A stretch of DNA of 64,000 nucleotides from an uncultured delta proteobacterium. Lineage in GTDB: Bacteria; Desulfobacterota; Desulfomonilia; Desulfomonilales; Desulfomonilaceae. A program made the translations under genes and the position numbers. The notes under the pieces are model-generated. The model worked only from the letters and a program-made list of their open reading frames with translations, ran no database searches and had not been told where the DNA came from. The DNA lies in contig CAWBKB010000001.1 in the NCBI GenBank assembly GCA_963789265.1, positions 576,001-640,000 of the forward strand. The letters are read 5' to 3'. Shown in pieces: positions 50,087 through 60,451 of this stretch (its first letter is position 1; each line of letters begins with the position of its first letter).

Positions 50087-53000
50087 ATGCGAGCCAGGAG
50101 AGCGACGAGCGTGGGCCTTGTCGATGAACCGTACTGGTACAAGGACGCGATCATTTACGAGCTACACGTTAGGTCTTTCTATGACAGCGACGGAGACGGT
50201 GTCGGAGATTTTCGAGGTTTAACCGAGAAGCTTGATTACCTCCAGGACCTCGGGATCACCACTATATGGCTCCTGCCTTTCTTTCCTTCTCCTTTACGGG
50301 ACGACGGATACGACATCGCGGACTACCGGAATGTTCATTCGCAATACGGAACGCTCAGAGATTTCAAGCTCTTCATGAGAGAAGCCCACCGCAGGGGGCT
50401 CCACGTAATCACGGAACTTGTAATTAATCATACTTCCGATCAGCATCCCTGGTTTCAGCGGGCCAGACATTCCCCGAGTGGGAGCAAATGGCGTGATTTT
50501 TATGTGTGGAGCGACAGCCCCGAGCGGTACCCTGAGGCTCGTATCATTTTTCAGGAATTCGAGTCGGCTAACTGGTCCTGGGATCCTGCTGCGAGACAAT
50601 ATTTCTGGCACCGATTCTATTCTCATCAGCCCGACCTGAATTATGAAAATCCGCTGGTCCGTCGAGAAGTTCTGCGCCTTCTGGATTTCTGGCTCGAAAT
50701 GGGGGTCGATGGGCTTCGGCTTGATGCAGTCCCCTACCTGTTTGAGCGAGATGGAACAAACTGTGAGAACCTCCCGGAGACGCACGCTTTTTTGAAAGAG
50801 CTCAGGCGGCATGTAGACAAGAATTTCAAGAACCGGATGCTCCTCGGAGAGGCCAATCAGTGGCCCGAGGATGCAGCAGCCTATTTCGGGGATGGGGACG
50901 AGTGTCACATGGCGTTTCATTTTCCCATTATGCCCCGACTATTCATTGCATTGCGCATGGAGGACAGCTTTCCCATTATCGAATCTCTGGAACAGACCCC
51001 TGAGATTCCGGACAACTGCCAGTGGGCTATTTTTCTTAGAAATCACGATGAATTGACCCTGGAGATGGTCACGGACGAAGAGCGGGACTACATGTACCGT
51101 GTGTACGCCCAGGACCGGCAGGCCAGGATCAACCTGGGAATACGCCGGCGTCTTGCACCGCTTATGGATAATGACCGACGCAAGATAGAACTCATGAACA
51201 GTCTGCTCTTTTCACTTCCGGGAACTCCGGTGATTTACTATGGCGATGAAATCGGCATGGGCGACAATGTGTACCTTGGAGACCGAAATGGAGTGCGCAC
51301 CCCCATGCAATGGAGTCCGGACCGAAATGCCGGTTTTTCACCGGCCAATCCGCAAAGTTTGTATCTTCCGCCAATCATCGACCAGGAGTATCACTACGAA
51401 ACCGTAAACGTTGAAATTCAACAAAATAACCCAAGCTCACTGCTCTGGTGGACCAAGCGCGGCATTGCATTGAGGCGGAACTTCAAGGCCTTCAGCAGGG
51501 GTACAATGGAGTTGCTTTACCCGGAAAACCGCAAGATCGTGGCATTCATTCGTCGCCACAAGAACGAGTGCATCCTTGTTGTAGCGAATTTTTCGCGCCT
51601 GTTCCAGTTTGTGGAACTTGATCTGTCTGAATTTCAAGGCATGGTTCCGGCCACTCTTTACGGCCGCATGGAGCTGCCCGTAATAGAGGATTCGCCATAC
51701 TCCTTGACTCTGGGTTCTTACGGATTCGTTTGGTTGTCGCTCGAAAGCCGGACGGGAGGACAGATGCCTGCGCAAGTGACGAAAAAAGACGAATTGCCTG
51801 CTCTCGAGGTTCCCGGGAAGTGGAGCGCGCTATTCGATAAAGAAGCCCGGCCGCAGTTGGAGAAGGCCCTCGGGCGCTTTCTTGCCGGACAGCGCTGGTT
51901 CCGTGCAAAAGCGAGGCGAATACGAACGGCGAAGATCGGCGAAACGATCTGGATGAATAGGCCCCAATTGGGCGCCTGTTTGGCCATCGTTCACGTAGAC
52001 TACATGGAGGGCGAGCCGGAGACCTATCTGGTACCGATGTCCTTTGCCGCAGGAGAACGAGCCGGGAGCCTTCTTGAAAACACCGCCCACGCAGCAATTT
52101 GCCGCGTGGTCATTAAGAATCCGGACCGGAACGGCATTCTTTATGACGCTACCTTTGACCCGGATTTCGCATCGCGGCTATTGCGCTTGATCGCTAATCA
52201 GCGACTCCTGAAGGGCACATCCGGCGAACTGGCCGCTAAGCGGACCAAGGCATTCAAGACTTTGTCCGACATGCCCGTGAAAACTTTGGAAGCGTCCGTC
52301 ATGGGAGCGGAACAAACAAACACATCCATCCGATTCGAGGATCGGCTTATTCTGAAGCTATACCGAAGGCTTGACGAAGGGATCAATTCTGAAGTGGAAA
52401 TTGGCCGATTCTTGACCGACCGGGGATTTCCTTTCGTCGCCCAACTTGCCGGGGAAGTCGAATACCGCCCTTCGCGCGGCAGACAGCGAGACCCCACGAC
52501 GATCGCCATTCTGCATGGGTGGGTCCCCAACCAGGGGGACGCGTGGAAGTACACTCTGGATGTGTTATCTCAGTATATAGAGGAGAGGCTCGCCCGCCAT
52601 CCAAATCTCGGCGATCTGTCTCTACCCGAAACGAACTTGCTCGATCTCGCGGCAGAGGAGCCTCCGCCTATATGCTACGATCTTGTAGGCTCGTATCTTG
52701 AGTCCGCACGACTGCTGGGAGAACGGACCGCTCAATTGCATTCCGCTCTCGCTTCCGAGCAAGATGCCCCCAATTTTTCGCCGGAGAAGTTCACCTCTCT
52801 GTATCAGCGCTCCTTATATCAGTCAATGTTGAACCTGAGCGAACAAGTGCTGGAGCTACTCAAACAAAGGCTCAGAAACTCTACCGGAAGCAATGAAGGA
52901 AGAAGCCAAAGCCCTTATTGCACGAAAGGACGAGGTACGCACCCGTTTCAAATCTATGCTGGACAAGAAGATTAATGCGGCTCGTATCCGGTGCCACGGA

Positions 53001-53441
53001 GACTACCATCTCGGGCAGGTCTTGTTCACAGGAAATGATTTTGTAATCATGGATTTCGAAGGAGAACCCGCCCGGTCCCTAAGTGAGCGCCGCATAAAAC
53101 GCTCTCCTTTGCTGGATGTCGCGGGCATGCTAAGGTCTTTCCATTACGCGGCGTATTCGGCCCTATTTGCTTTGCAGGATTCAGGCCTTGTCAGGACTGA
53201 TGACGCCGAGTATGCAGAGTCCCTGGCGCTATTCTGGGACAAATGGGTGCGCGTGAAATTTCTCAGAGCCTATCTGGGGTCAGCGGCCCCGGACTTGTTG
53301 CCTAAAAACCGAGATGAACTTCGAAGGCTATTGGATGCATACTTGCTGGATAAGGCCATTTACGAATTAGGCTACGAACTCAACAATCGTCCAAACTGGG
53401 TGAAAATACCGCTTCAGGGCATCCGGAGGATTCTGGAATGA
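50087..53441 (+). CDS. treS: Trehalose synthase / maltokinase fusion (frameshift near 52880)
   Basis: WYKDAIIYE, RLDAVPY, FLRNHDELTLE; kinase part EQTNTS, HGDYHLGQ, DFEGEP. Confidence 0.93.
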
Positions 53442-53528
53442 CATGGGCGCCAGCGTAGTCCCACGTCTTCGGATGATTCGAGAACGAAGAGGCAAATCAC
53501 TGGCCTATGTACACAGGAAGGCCGCACA

Positions 53529-55448
53529 ATGCCCGTAAATTTCGATATTTCACTGTTGACCGAAGACGACATTTTCCTGTTTAACGAAGGGAATCACTTT
53601 CGTCTGTATGAAAAGCTGGGCAGCCATGTCATCTCCGAGGAAGGGATAGACGGCGCATATTTCGCAGTGTGGGCCCCGAATGCAAATCGCGTGGGAGTAA
53701 TCGGAGATTTCAATGGGTGGAGTAAAGATGGTCACCTGCTCCGGCCCCGCGGAAGCTCGGGCATTTGGGAAGGCTTCATCTCCGGCATTGGACAGGGCGC
53801 TCGCTACAAATATTGGATTGCGTCCCAGTACAACGGGTACCAAGTGGAAAAAGCCGATCCCTTTGCCAGATACAGTGAAGTGTCACCGAAGTCTGCTTCA
53901 GTTGTATGGGCGACCGATCACAGGTGGCGGGATCAGGATTGGCTCAGGGACAGGAATCGCTATAACGGCGCGAATTCCCCCATTGCCGCGTATGAAGTGC
54001 ATCTCGGTTCGTGGATACGGGTACCTAAAGAGGATAACCGATTCTTTACCTATCGTGAGTTGGCATCGAATCTCGCGGATTACGTTCAGAACATGGGCTT
54101 CACGCATGTGCAGTTTTTGCCGGTAATGGAGCATCCTTTCTACGGTTCATGGGGCTACGAGTCGCTGGGCTACTTTTGTCCGACGAGCCGGTACGGGCCT
54201 CCCGAGGATTTCATGTACCTTATTGACGTGCTCCATCAACGAGGCATTGGTGTCATCTTGGACTGGGTCCCCTCACACTTTCCTACCGATGGTCATGGAT
54301 TGGCTTATTTTGACGGGACTCATCTTTTCGAGCATCAGGACTTCAGGAAGGGATTTCACCCGGATTGGAAAAGCTTCATCTTCAATTATGGGCGAAACGA
54401 GGTTAGAAGTTTCCTGATTAGTAGCGCATTGTTTTGGCTTGATCGGTTCCATGTGGATGGACTGCGAGTCGATGCTGTGGCGTCAATGCTCTATCTGGAC
54501 TACTCGCGCAAAGCGGGCGAATGGATCCCGAACGAGTACGGGGGCCGGGAAAATCTCGAAGCAATCTCTTTCCTGAGACTTCTCAATGAAGAAGTGTACA
54601 AGAATTTTCCTTCCGTTCAAACTGTAGCTGAGGAATCTACGGCTTGGCCCATGGTTTCCCGGCCTACCTACGTAGGTGGGTTGGGGTTTGGCATGAAATG
54701 GGATATGGGATGGATGCACGACACTTTGAAGTATATGTCCACGGATCCGCTGTTCAGGAGATATCACCATAATGAATTGACCTTCCGCATGATGTATGCC
54801 TTCAGTGAAAATTTCGTGCTACCTCTGTCTCATGACGAGGTAGTATACGGAAAGGGATCTCTCCTGGGCAAAATGCCCGGCGATGAATGGCAGAAATTCG
54901 CCAACTTGCGCTTGCTTTTTGGCTATATGTATTCGCAGCCCGGCAAGAAGCTGCTTTTCATGGGCGGTGAGTTCGGCCAGTGGGGTGAGTGGAATCATGA
55001 CGAGAGCCTCCATTGGCATCTTTTAGAGCACCCGCTCCATCAGGGACTTCAGCGCTGGGTTCAGGATTTGAACCGAGTTTACAGGGATGAACGAGGACTC
55101 CATGAGCTTGATTTCGACCAGCGGGGCTTCGAATGGATAGATTGCAATGATTCCGACAGCAGTGTTCTGAGCTTTATCCGAAAAGGGTCGGGGCCGGAAG
55201 ACACACTCGTTGTGGCGTGCAATTTTACACCGGTGCCCAGGCACAACTACATGATCGGAGTCGACTCCGGGGGTTACTGGAAGGAAGTGCTGAACAGCGA
55301 CGCCACACCGTACGGAGGCAGCGGCCAAGGCAACATAGGTGGAGTAGAAGCAGCCCCCATCTCCTGTCATGGGCGAAGCCATTGCCTCAATCTGGTACTG
55401 CCGCCTCTGGCCATGGTCCTGTTCAAGTCCGCGGACCGGGAAACGTGA
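53529..55448 (+). CDS. glgB: 1,4-alpha-glucan branching enzyme
   Basis: YEVHLGSW, DWVPSHF, RVDAVASM, AEESTAWP, SHDEVV. Confidence 0.96.
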   Translation: MPVNFDISLLTEDDIFLFNEGNHFRLYEKLGSHVISEEGIDGAYFAVWAPNANRVGVIGDFNGWSKDGHLLRPRGSSGIWEGFISGIGQGARYKYWIASQYNGYQVEKADPFARYSEVSPKSASVVWATDHRWRDQDWLRDRNRYNGANSPIAAYEVHLGSWIRVPKEDNRFFTYRELASNLADYVQNMGFTHVQFLPVMEHPFYGSWGYESLGYFCPTSRYGPPEDFMYLIDVLHQRGIGVILDWVPSHFPTDGHGLAYFDGTHLFEHQDFRKGFHPDWKSFIFNYGRNEVRSFLISSALFWLDRFHVDGLRVDAVASMLYLDYSRKAGEWIPNEYGGRENLEAISFLRLLNEEVYKNFPSVQTVAEESTAWPMVSRPTYVGGLGFGMKWDMGWMHDTLKYMSTDPLFRRYHHNELTFRMMYAFSENFVLPLSHDEVVYGKGSLLGKMPGDEWQKFANLRLLFGYMYSQPGKKLLFMGGEFGQWGEWNHDESLHWHLLEHPLHQGLQRWVQDLNRVYRDERGLHELDFDQRGFEWIDCNDSDSSVLSFIRKGSGPEDTLVVACNFTPVPRHNYMIGVDSGGYWKEVLNSDATPYGGSGQGNIGGVEAAPISCHGRSHCLNLVLPPLAMVLFKSADRET

Positions 55449-55713
55449 CACTTATCTGTTTCACCGCGATGAAGCATGAGAGATCCGTGTGAAAGGGTGA
55501 TGGCAGTTCGCCCTCAAACAGGTGAGAATCGGTCGTTAGCAAATGGCACTGACCAGGCGCCCAGAATGGGGCTTCCCGCGTCCCGCGGGAAGCTTTGTTA
55601 GATCCGTGCCGCATTTACTTGAACTTCGGAATTGTTTGATCGCGAACTCGATTGATGGACGCGTCCAGCGGCCATGCGTGTTTTTGGCCGGAATTATCAT
55701 TTCAAGGAGCATC

Positions 55714-57210
55714 ATGAACATTCGCGCAAGTGGCATCCTCTTGCACATCAGCTCTCTGCCGTCGCGTTTGGGGATCGGCGACATGGGCCCTTGGGCTTAT
55801 AGGTTTGCCGACTTCTTGGAAGAGACAAAACAGAGTTATTGGCAAATAATTCCATTGACTCCGCCCAATCCTTATCACTATTCGCCGTACCACAGCCCGT
55901 CGGCCTTTGCGGGCAATCCATTGCTGATCAGTCCCGAAATCCTTGTCCAGGAAGGCTTGCTCGATGATTCGGACGTGGAATCCGCCCCATCTTTCCCAGT
56001 GGATCGCGTGGACTTCCCCGCTGTAATGAAATTCAAGGATCAGCTTCTTGAGAAGGCTTTCGAGCGATTTTCAGCCCGCTCCGATCAAACCACGGATTTG
56101 GTTCACTTTTGCTTGGCAAATCAAAGGTGGCTTGACGATTACGCGCTTTTCAACGCGCTTTCAAAGCGATTTCAGGGAAAATTGTGGAGTGAGTGGCCTG
56201 AAGAATTGCGGGACCGGCGCGCCGATACTTTGGAAAGATGGTCGGAAGACCTTAGCGAGGCCATCAAGAAAGAACGGTTTATACAGTATCTCTTTTTCAA
56301 GCAGTGGTACGCGCTCAAAGCCTACTGCAATCGGAAACGAATTCAAATCATCGGTGATCTTCCCGTTTACGTCGATTACAGCAGTGCAGACGTATGGACT
56401 CATCCCGAGTTCTTCAAGCTGGACCCCATGAAAAAGCCGTACGTCGTGGCCGGAGTGCCGCCTGACTATTTCAGTCCGACAGGCCAGTTGTGGGGCCATC
56501 CCATCTACGACTGGGACGCTCTAGAGAAAGCCGGATACTCCTGGTGGGTGGACCGAATCGAGCATAACGTGGCCCAGTGCGATCTACTGCGGATCGACCA
56601 TTTTCGGGGCTTCATGGGATATTGGGAAGTTCCTGCAAGCGAGAAAACCGCTCTCAACGGCAAATGGGTTGAGGGTCCGGGAAGAGACTTCTTCGAGACC
56701 GTCTCACGACGATTTCCGCGACTGCCGATCATCGCTGAAGATCTCGGGGTCATCACTCCGGATGTGCGAGAAGTAATATGTGAATTCGGGTTTCCCGGCA
56801 TGAAGCTGTTGCTGTTCGCTTTCGGCAAGGATTGTCCCACCAACCCTTATGCACCGCACAACATTCCCCGAAATTGCATCGTTTTCACCGGGACTCACGA
56901 CAACAACACAGTCAAAGGGTGGTTCAGACACGAGGCTACGCCTGGCGACAAAAAAAGATTCTTTGGATACATGGGACGGGAAATCGGGGAAGACGATATC
57001 CATTGGGAGATGTGCCGGCTGGCCATGATGACCAGGGCCGACACAGTGATTTTGCCCATGCAGGATATTCTTGGCCTGGGTCAGGAAGCTCGCATGAATC
57101 TCCCTTCGCAAAAGGAAGGTAACTGGATGTGGAGACTCTTGCCCGATCTCCTCACGCCCGAAATTGCCCGGGAGCTTCGACTACTCACAGAGATTTACGG
57201 CAGAGCGTGA
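55714..57210 (+). CDS. malQ: 4-alpha-glucanotransferase
   Basis: SGILLHISSLP, GVPPDYFS.TGQLWG, RIDHFRG, AEDLG, GTHDN. Confidence 0.95.
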   Translation: MNIRASGILLHISSLPSRLGIGDMGPWAYRFADFLEETKQSYWQIIPLTPPNPYHYSPYHSPSAFAGNPLLISPEILVQEGLLDDSDVESAPSFPVDRVDFPAVMKFKDQLLEKAFERFSARSDQTTDLVHFCLANQRWLDDYALFNALSKRFQGKLWSEWPEELRDRRADTLERWSEDLSEAIKKERFIQYLFFKQWYALKAYCNRKRIQIIGDLPVYVDYSSADVWTHPEFFKLDPMKKPYVVAGVPPDYFSPTGQLWGHPIYDWDALEKAGYSWWVDRIEHNVAQCDLLRIDHFRGFMGYWEVPASEKTALNGKWVEGPGRDFFETVSRRFPRLPIIAEDLGVITPDVREVICEFGFPGMKLLLFAFGKDCPTNPYAPHNIPRNCIVFTGTHDNNTVKGWFRHEATPGDKKRFFGYMGREIGEDDIHWEMCRLAMMTRADTVILPMQDILGLGQEARMNLPSQKEGNWMWRLLPDLLTPEIARELRLLTEIYGRA

Positions 57211-57288
57211 TTGGGACCGCAACAGCGTCATCCTCTGCCTGCACTGCAAAGGTTGCCAGGCGCTGGGCGTACGTCATTTAGTTTCCTT

Positions 57289-57487
57289 GTAACCATTTAC
57301 TTATGCTGGGGAACTTCTTCATCATGTCATTGCGAGGAGCAGATAGTAGGACAGGCATCCTGCCTGTCTATTATGGACGACGGGCAGGATGCCCGTCCCA
57401 CTGGCAATCTAAGCGGCGTTTAAAAGAAAAGATTGCTTCGCTGCGCTCGCAATGACAATCTCTTCCCGCGCGAAAGTGAATGCGTAC
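57289..57487. mobile_element. MITE, GTAACCATTCAC class
   Basis: Perfect 8-bp duplication GTTTCCTT; inverted homolog of 23366-23564. Confidence 0.85.
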
Positions 57488-57631
57488 GTTTCCTTGACCT
57501 GACGCCTGCCGGTATTTAAAGTAACTCCCTGCAATGTACTTCCGCGCCCCCTTGGCAGGTTGAGGTACACCATATCTCAATGCCCCGCTTTGAGGTCGAC
57601 AAATAGGTCGAGCCTTTTCCGGAACAAACGT

Positions 57632-58864
57632 ATGAGCGACGTCAGTTCTAATCAGCGGCTTTTAGACAGAATCAACGAACTGGAACGCCGAAACGCGGAC
57701 TTGGAAGCATTGGAGGTGCAGCGCAAGTCCGTCGAAGAAGCACTCCGAGATTCGGAAACCAAGTTTCGATCGGTTGCTGAATCGGCCATAGACGCCATAG
57801 TCCTGACCAACAGTCAAGACAAAGTGATCTTCTGGAACAAAGGTGCCGAAAAGATATTCGGGTACAATGAGAAAGAAGTAATTGGCCGCCCGGTAACCAT
57901 GCTCATCCCTGAATCATTGCGAGAAGCGCATAGCATGGGAGTACGCCGATATTTGGCCACCGGCGAACGCAACATCATCGGCAAGACGAGGGAATTGCAA
58001 GGTCTGACCAAAGGTGAACGAGAGTTCCCGCTCGAACTGTCCCTTTCGACTTGGAGAACGAGAGAAGAAATATTTTTCACGGGAATGATACGCGATATCA
58101 CCCTCCGGAAGAAGGCTGAAAAGGCGCTCGAACACCGAACCATCGAAGCTCGGCAACGAAGCGAGGAACTGGAATCGTTGATCCAGATGGTTGCCCACGA
58201 TTTGAAATCGCCTGTGATAACCATTGGAGGACTGATTCGCCTTCTGCAGAAGAACCTTGCCAACATGCCCGCTGACGCCAGGAGAGACCAAATCCTGAAT
58301 CAGCTTGCCCTGACCAGTGAAACCATGGAAAGATTCCTGCGGGATCTGCTGGATGGACTGGTGTTTGAGCACACTGAGCCTGAGCGGGAAGAGGTTCGGC
58401 TCGGCGAGGTCGTAAGAGAAGTAGTACGACAACATAAGCAAATTATCGACGAGAAGAGAATCGACATAGAAGTAGAGACTGCTGAGGCAGCACCGGTTCT
58501 CGCCGACAGACACCGCATCGCGCAAGTATTGGATAATCTCGTGGTAAATGCTGTAAAGCACATGGAACCGAAAAATGACCCCAAGATTCGGATTGAGGTT
58601 CGCAGCAGTGGAGGCTTGGTTATCACGAGGGTATCCGACAATGGCATCGGAATAGCGGCCGAATACATCGACAGAATATTCGAGCGGTTCTTTCGTGGGG
58701 CAAAATCCGGAGTTCAGGGTGGCACAGGACTTGGACTCCCCATTGCAAAAAAGATTGTAGAAAGTCACGGCGGCCGAATATGGGCTGAGTCCGAGGAAGG
58801 GGAGGGCGCAACTTTTGTTTTCACGCTTCCTAAGTACACGCCCAAGGATTCAGACTCGTCATGA
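57632..58864 (+). CDS. PAS-domain sensor histidine kinase (cytoplasmic)
   Basis: PAS (WNKGAEKIFGY), AHDLKSP, NAVK, DNGIG, GTGLGL. Confidence 0.92.
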   Translation: MSDVSSNQRLLDRINELERRNADLEALEVQRKSVEEALRDSETKFRSVAESAIDAIVLTNSQDKVIFWNKGAEKIFGYNEKEVIGRPVTMLIPESLREAHSMGVRRYLATGERNIIGKTRELQGLTKGEREFPLELSLSTWRTREEIFFTGMIRDITLRKKAEKALEHRTIEARQRSEELESLIQMVAHDLKSPVITIGGLIRLLQKNLANMPADARRDQILNQLALTSETMERFLRDLLDGLVFEHTEPEREEVRLGEVVREVVRQHKQIIDEKRIDIEVETAEAAPVLADRHRIAQVLDNLVVNAVKHMEPKNDPKIRIEVRSSGGLVITRVSDNGIGIAAEYIDRIFERFFRGAKSGVQGGTGLGLPIAKKIVESHGGRIWAESEEGEGATFVFTLPKYTPKDSDSS

Positions 58865-58926
58865 GACTATCGACCTGACCTATGAACAGCCAATTCGATT
58901 GTTAGTGGAGTGTGCCAAAAATTTGA

Positions 58927-59850
58927 ATGACATTAATACTCAACAGCGTCATTCCCATATTTGCGATTATCGCGCTGGGAACCTTTCTGAGGCGTTTCCA
59001 ACTAATTGACGACACCTTCACCAGGGTGTCCGACAAGCTAATTTATTACATATTTTTCCCTGCGCTCCTTTTTTGGAAGATAGGAAAGCCGGCAGCAGGT
59101 GCAACAATAGAGACGCGCCTGATACTTGCAGTGCTTTGTGCCGTCTTCTGTGTGTTCCTGTTGAGTCTTGTGTTCGTCAAGTTATTCAGAGTGCCGGATC
59201 ATGCTGTCGGCTCGTTTTCGCAAGGCTGCTTTCGGTTCAGCACGTACATAGGTATGGCTGTCATGTTGGCCGCGCTGGGTGAAGAGGGTGTCAGGCAGTT
59301 AGGGGTGCTCATAGGCTTTGTTATCCCTTTCATAAACGTTCTGGCCGTCTCCACCTTGATTTGGTTCTCCGGCGAAAGTTATGCCTGGCCTCGCAAGGCG
59401 ATCTTGCTCGTCAAAGCCACGCTGCTGAATCCTCTGATTATAGCCTGCATGCTGGGCATCCTGTATTCAGAGCTGAACACCCCGTTTCCCGTCTTTGTGG
59501 ACAACACTTTGGGCTTGACATCTCTTCTCACATTGCCCCTCGCCCTGATTTCCATAGGGGGATCCCTTACTCTGGAGAAGCTCAGGGGTCACCTAAAGTA
59601 CGCCTCTGTTGCCGCTTTGTTCAAATTGATTATCATACCGGTTGTTGGCTATTCTTGTTTACGACTTTTTCATGTTTCCGGCCTGCCGTTTACGGTTGCG
59701 ATGATATATTTTTCCTTGCCCACATCGCCCAACAATTACATTCTGTCCGCGCAGCTCAACAGCGACGTGGATTTGGCCACTGCGACCGTTGTTTTCTCGA
59801 CTCTCTTGTCGATCGGTTCCCTGTCTGCGATCCTCATAATTTTCGGCTAA
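58927..59850 (+). CDS. AEC family transporter
   Basis: Multi-TM, YYIFFPALLF, NPLIIA, LALISIGGSL, KLII.P. Confidence 0.88.
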   Translation: MTLILNSVIPIFAIIALGTFLRRFQLIDDTFTRVSDKLIYYIFFPALLFWKIGKPAAGATIETRLILAVLCAVFCVFLLSLVFVKLFRVPDHAVGSFSQGCFRFSTYIGMAVMLAALGEEGVRQLGVLIGFVIPFINVLAVSTLIWFSGESYAWPRKAILLVKATLLNPLIIACMLGILYSELNTPFPVFVDNTLGLTSLLTLPLALISIGGSLTLEKLRGHLKYASVAALFKLIIIPVVGYSCLRLFHVSGLPFTVAMIYFSLPTSPNNYILSAQLNSDVDLATATVVFSTLLSIGSLSAILIIFG

Positions 59851-60103
59851 CAGACATGGTTTGATAGGGATTCTGTTTTCTCGTTCCCAGGCTCTGCCTC
59901 GCCCCCGATTGTGTAACAAAGGCGGTTTGCGGGCAGAGCCCGCCAGGTATGGATTCAAATCGAGGCAGGGGTGCAATTCGTGGCACGATCGACTTTTGCC
60001 CCGGTAATCCCGCGTTCCGCGGGACCGGGCTATTATCGGCAGTCCCTACGGGACGCTTGCATTTGAGTCCCATTGGGGCGACAGAAAGTGGACCGGTGCT
60101 TCA

Positions 60104-60312
60104 GAAACTGTCTCAAAAACAATGAAGCGGTCGGAATCGTAGCACGAATCCCTCACCCTGTGCCCCTCTCCCAGAGGGCGAGGGAAGAGCAAAACTGCCC
60201 TGGATCTGCTCCCTCTCCCTCTGGGAGAGGGTTGGGGTGAGGGCGACGACTATACGAATGAGCCTGAATCGTGCCACGATTCCAGGCATCAAATTAGTTT
60301 TGGGACAGTTTG
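60104..60312. mobile_element. MITE with IS1182-type ends
   Basis: GAAACTGTCTCAAAA (exact reverse complement of the IS right end) / TTTTGGGACAGTTTG. Confidence 0.85.
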
Positions 60313-60390
60313 GGAAATCGTCCCACACGCCACCGAGAACTTTTTGCTTGACAGACTCAGTTCATAACGATAGTAAACACCGATGCAGAA

Positions 60391-60407
60391 CATCGTAATT
60401 TACGATG
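60391..60407. promoter_or_regulatory. Palindrome CATCGTA-ATT-TACGATG, candidate operator
   Basis: Perfect 7-3-7 inverted repeat downstream of a TTGACA at ~60348 and upstream of ATG 60452. Confidence 0.55.
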
Positions 60408-60451
60408 ACGGCACGAGATAGAATACAGATCACCGTAGGGAGAACGATCTC

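Noticed and set aside
57914..58768. 284-aa minus-strand ORF
   Set aside because: Antisense shadow of the histidine kinase.
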